From the NCBI RefSeq assembly GCF_009914755.1, contig NC_060930.1: a DNA stretch of 64,000 bases. One strand, written 5' to 3'. The DNA comes from the human T2T-CHM13v2.0 reference genome, Homo sapiens. Below, piece after piece: positions 61,988 through 64,000 of the stretch. Both the position numbers and the translations under genes were made by a program. Under the pieces are notes generated by a model. That model made no database searches, was not told the origin of the DNA, and worked only from the letters and a program-made list of their open reading frames with translations. Position 1 is the first letter of the stretch. Every line of letters starts with the position of its first letter.

Positions 61988-63774
61988 ATAGGTTTTTGTC
62001 ACTGTATTTCTCTAGTTGATACCATTTCAGCTGTCCTCAAAGTCACACCCATCAGCAGGAAAGCTTATGACTTCCCCTGTGAGGCATTATTGCCAAGAAG
62101 CTGTTCCGGAAGTGACAGACTGTAGAATGATGCGATAGTTGCCTTCTCTGTTAATGAGTAAAGTGACCCAGTTAGCCATCACAGATGAGACCTTTAGCTT
62201 CACTTTAATAGACATTGATGTCTCCGGATGAGGACAACCCACACTGGGATACCAAATGGCATTTTAGCTGTAAACTAAACATGTTCTGCAGCCTAATAAA
62301 GTAACAGGAAAATGGAAGTGAGACTTTCAGAAATAAACTTTACTTTCCACAATATAAAAAAGTATAACATTTCCCTATTCTTTGTATCAATTTTAAGCTA
62401 GGACAGAAAGAGAAAGCTCAAAATCATATAAAAATAAGACCTAAGATTTCTATCTAGAATGTTGTATGAAATATATTGTGAACAAAATAGCAAAATATGT
62501 ATACCTCTGTTACGGTGATTTTATTTCCTGTACTTAAAATTAAGCATTTATCAACAATTTAATGCAGCAAAGTAATTACATGGTTCACTGGGATTTGACA
62601 TAACACCTTTAAAGAATACTGACTTTCATTCATTTTATTGTCATTAGGCTCCAATGTCAAAATTAAAGTTCTATTAGTTATCTTCCATGCCTCTATATGT
62701 ACATTATCTCCCAGGAAGATTCCATCCTACTTCAGTCTAGTGAGTTACAATCTTCTCATGAGGTGCACATATGTGTATACAGTATATGGGGACATATATG
62801 TGCACTTATAGTCCCTAGGCTAAGACTAAGAATTCTAAGAACACGCAAAAAGAAGGGCAAAGTACACAAAAGGGGGAAGAAATGAAAAACTTCTTTAATG
62901 AGAAAAAAGAATGAACAGAACGAGTGGGACAAAACCCATAGCACATAATGGGGTATTTGACATAAAATACTAGGTATCAGAGGTAAGACTAAGCAAAGTA
63001 TATTTTAGGTATTGGAAAAGCAATGTACTTAAACCAATAACACCACCAATTTAAATTTATTACTCTTTTGTTCTCAAGTATATGAAACTATGAGTCATTC
63101 AAGCTTCCATTTGAAAATAACATTCAAAAAAACCTTTGCGAGCACCCTAGAATCAGTAATAAAACCTATTCTAATTATATCTAGAGAAAGCATTGATTTA
63201 CAATACACCAAAACTTAGAAAAGGTGACCCAGATATATGAGTACTTAAAATTTCAATGTCATTGTTTCCTGGAAGTAATCACAGTCTAAGGAGGAAATGG
63301 GGACACAGGGGGCACACAGGCTGGGGGAGAGATTCTCATTATTTCCAAACAATAATATGGAGACCTAAAACTATTCACATACAAATCAACACTGGAACTT
63401 TGAACTCAATCCTTAAAGTCTGGCCAGTAATACAGTTTAGACCTGAAGCACCAAAAGATAAGTTTTAGCTTGTTGCAAGCTCTAGAGACACACTGAAGAA
63501 CAACGGTGGCACCTTGTACACTCTAGAGCAAAAACCACTCTGGTCTAGCGTATGTAAAAGGAATCCTAAATATATACATGCCTTTCATTTAAACCCCTTT
63601 CTTCTCAGACAGCAAAAAGGAATATGCAAGGTATTCAGAACCTCTTCATACCATATATCTGGACTAAGTAGGTACAGTTATCTCACTTCAGACATATCAG
63701 ACAGATGGAATTTAAAAGGTACATTTTTTGGATCTTTTACAGCTTAATTTTTCTGGTCATCCTACCCAAAATGT

Positions 63775-63931
63775 GGCCCAGGCACAGTGGCTTACACCTG
63801 TAATCCAAACGCTTTGGGAGGCCATGGTGTGAGGACCGCTTGAAGCCAGGAATTTAAGACCAGCCTGGGCAACAAAGTCAGATCCTGTCTCTACAAAAAA
63901 ATAAGTAAAAAAAAAAAAAAAAAAAAAAAAA
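63775..63931 (+). mobile_element. FLAM_C / Alu left monomer with long poly(A)
   Basis: Left monomer followed by A-rich tail. Confidence 0.87.
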
Positions 63932-64000
63932 GTGGGGGGAGGTGTAGATATAAATACACTAAATATACACACAACACATACGTGTACACACACACACTCA

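Noticed and set aside
63932-63945. ggggggaggtgt shared with the Alu tail region at 15567
   Set aside because: Short low-complexity match in different contexts; most likely coincidence.

Overview
Primate (human or great ape) genomic DNA, AT-rich and dominated by repeats. The whole window lies inside the minus-strand gene RNGTT (mRNA capping enzyme). Two coding exons, both missed by the ORF track, were read directly: 47986-48054 (69 nt, [23 protein letters not shown], guanylyltransferase motif IV) and 16184-16284 (101 nt, [34 protein letters not shown], motifs V/Vc). From memory of the gene these are probably exons 12 and 13. The rest is intron: about 25 Alu/FLAM/FAM copies, L1 fragments of many ages, an ERVL pro-pol remnant, solo LTRs, hAT/Tigger MITEs, MIR/L2 and microsatellites. 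Nearly all listed ORFs are repeat-derived noise. Best leads: (1) a frame-preserving 18-nt microexon candidate with strong splice sites that would insert DYWLFK between motifs IV and V; (2) UG tracts on both sides of the skippable motif-IV exon and next to two candidate poison exons, suggesting TDP-43/CELF control of capping-enzyme output; (3) a template-switch-derived 59-bp hairpin that pairs almost perfectly on the RNGTT-sense strand; (4) several templated-insertion or transduction scars. All functional claims are inferences from sequence. Repeat subfamily names are from recalled consensus sequences and boundaries of old repeats are approximate.
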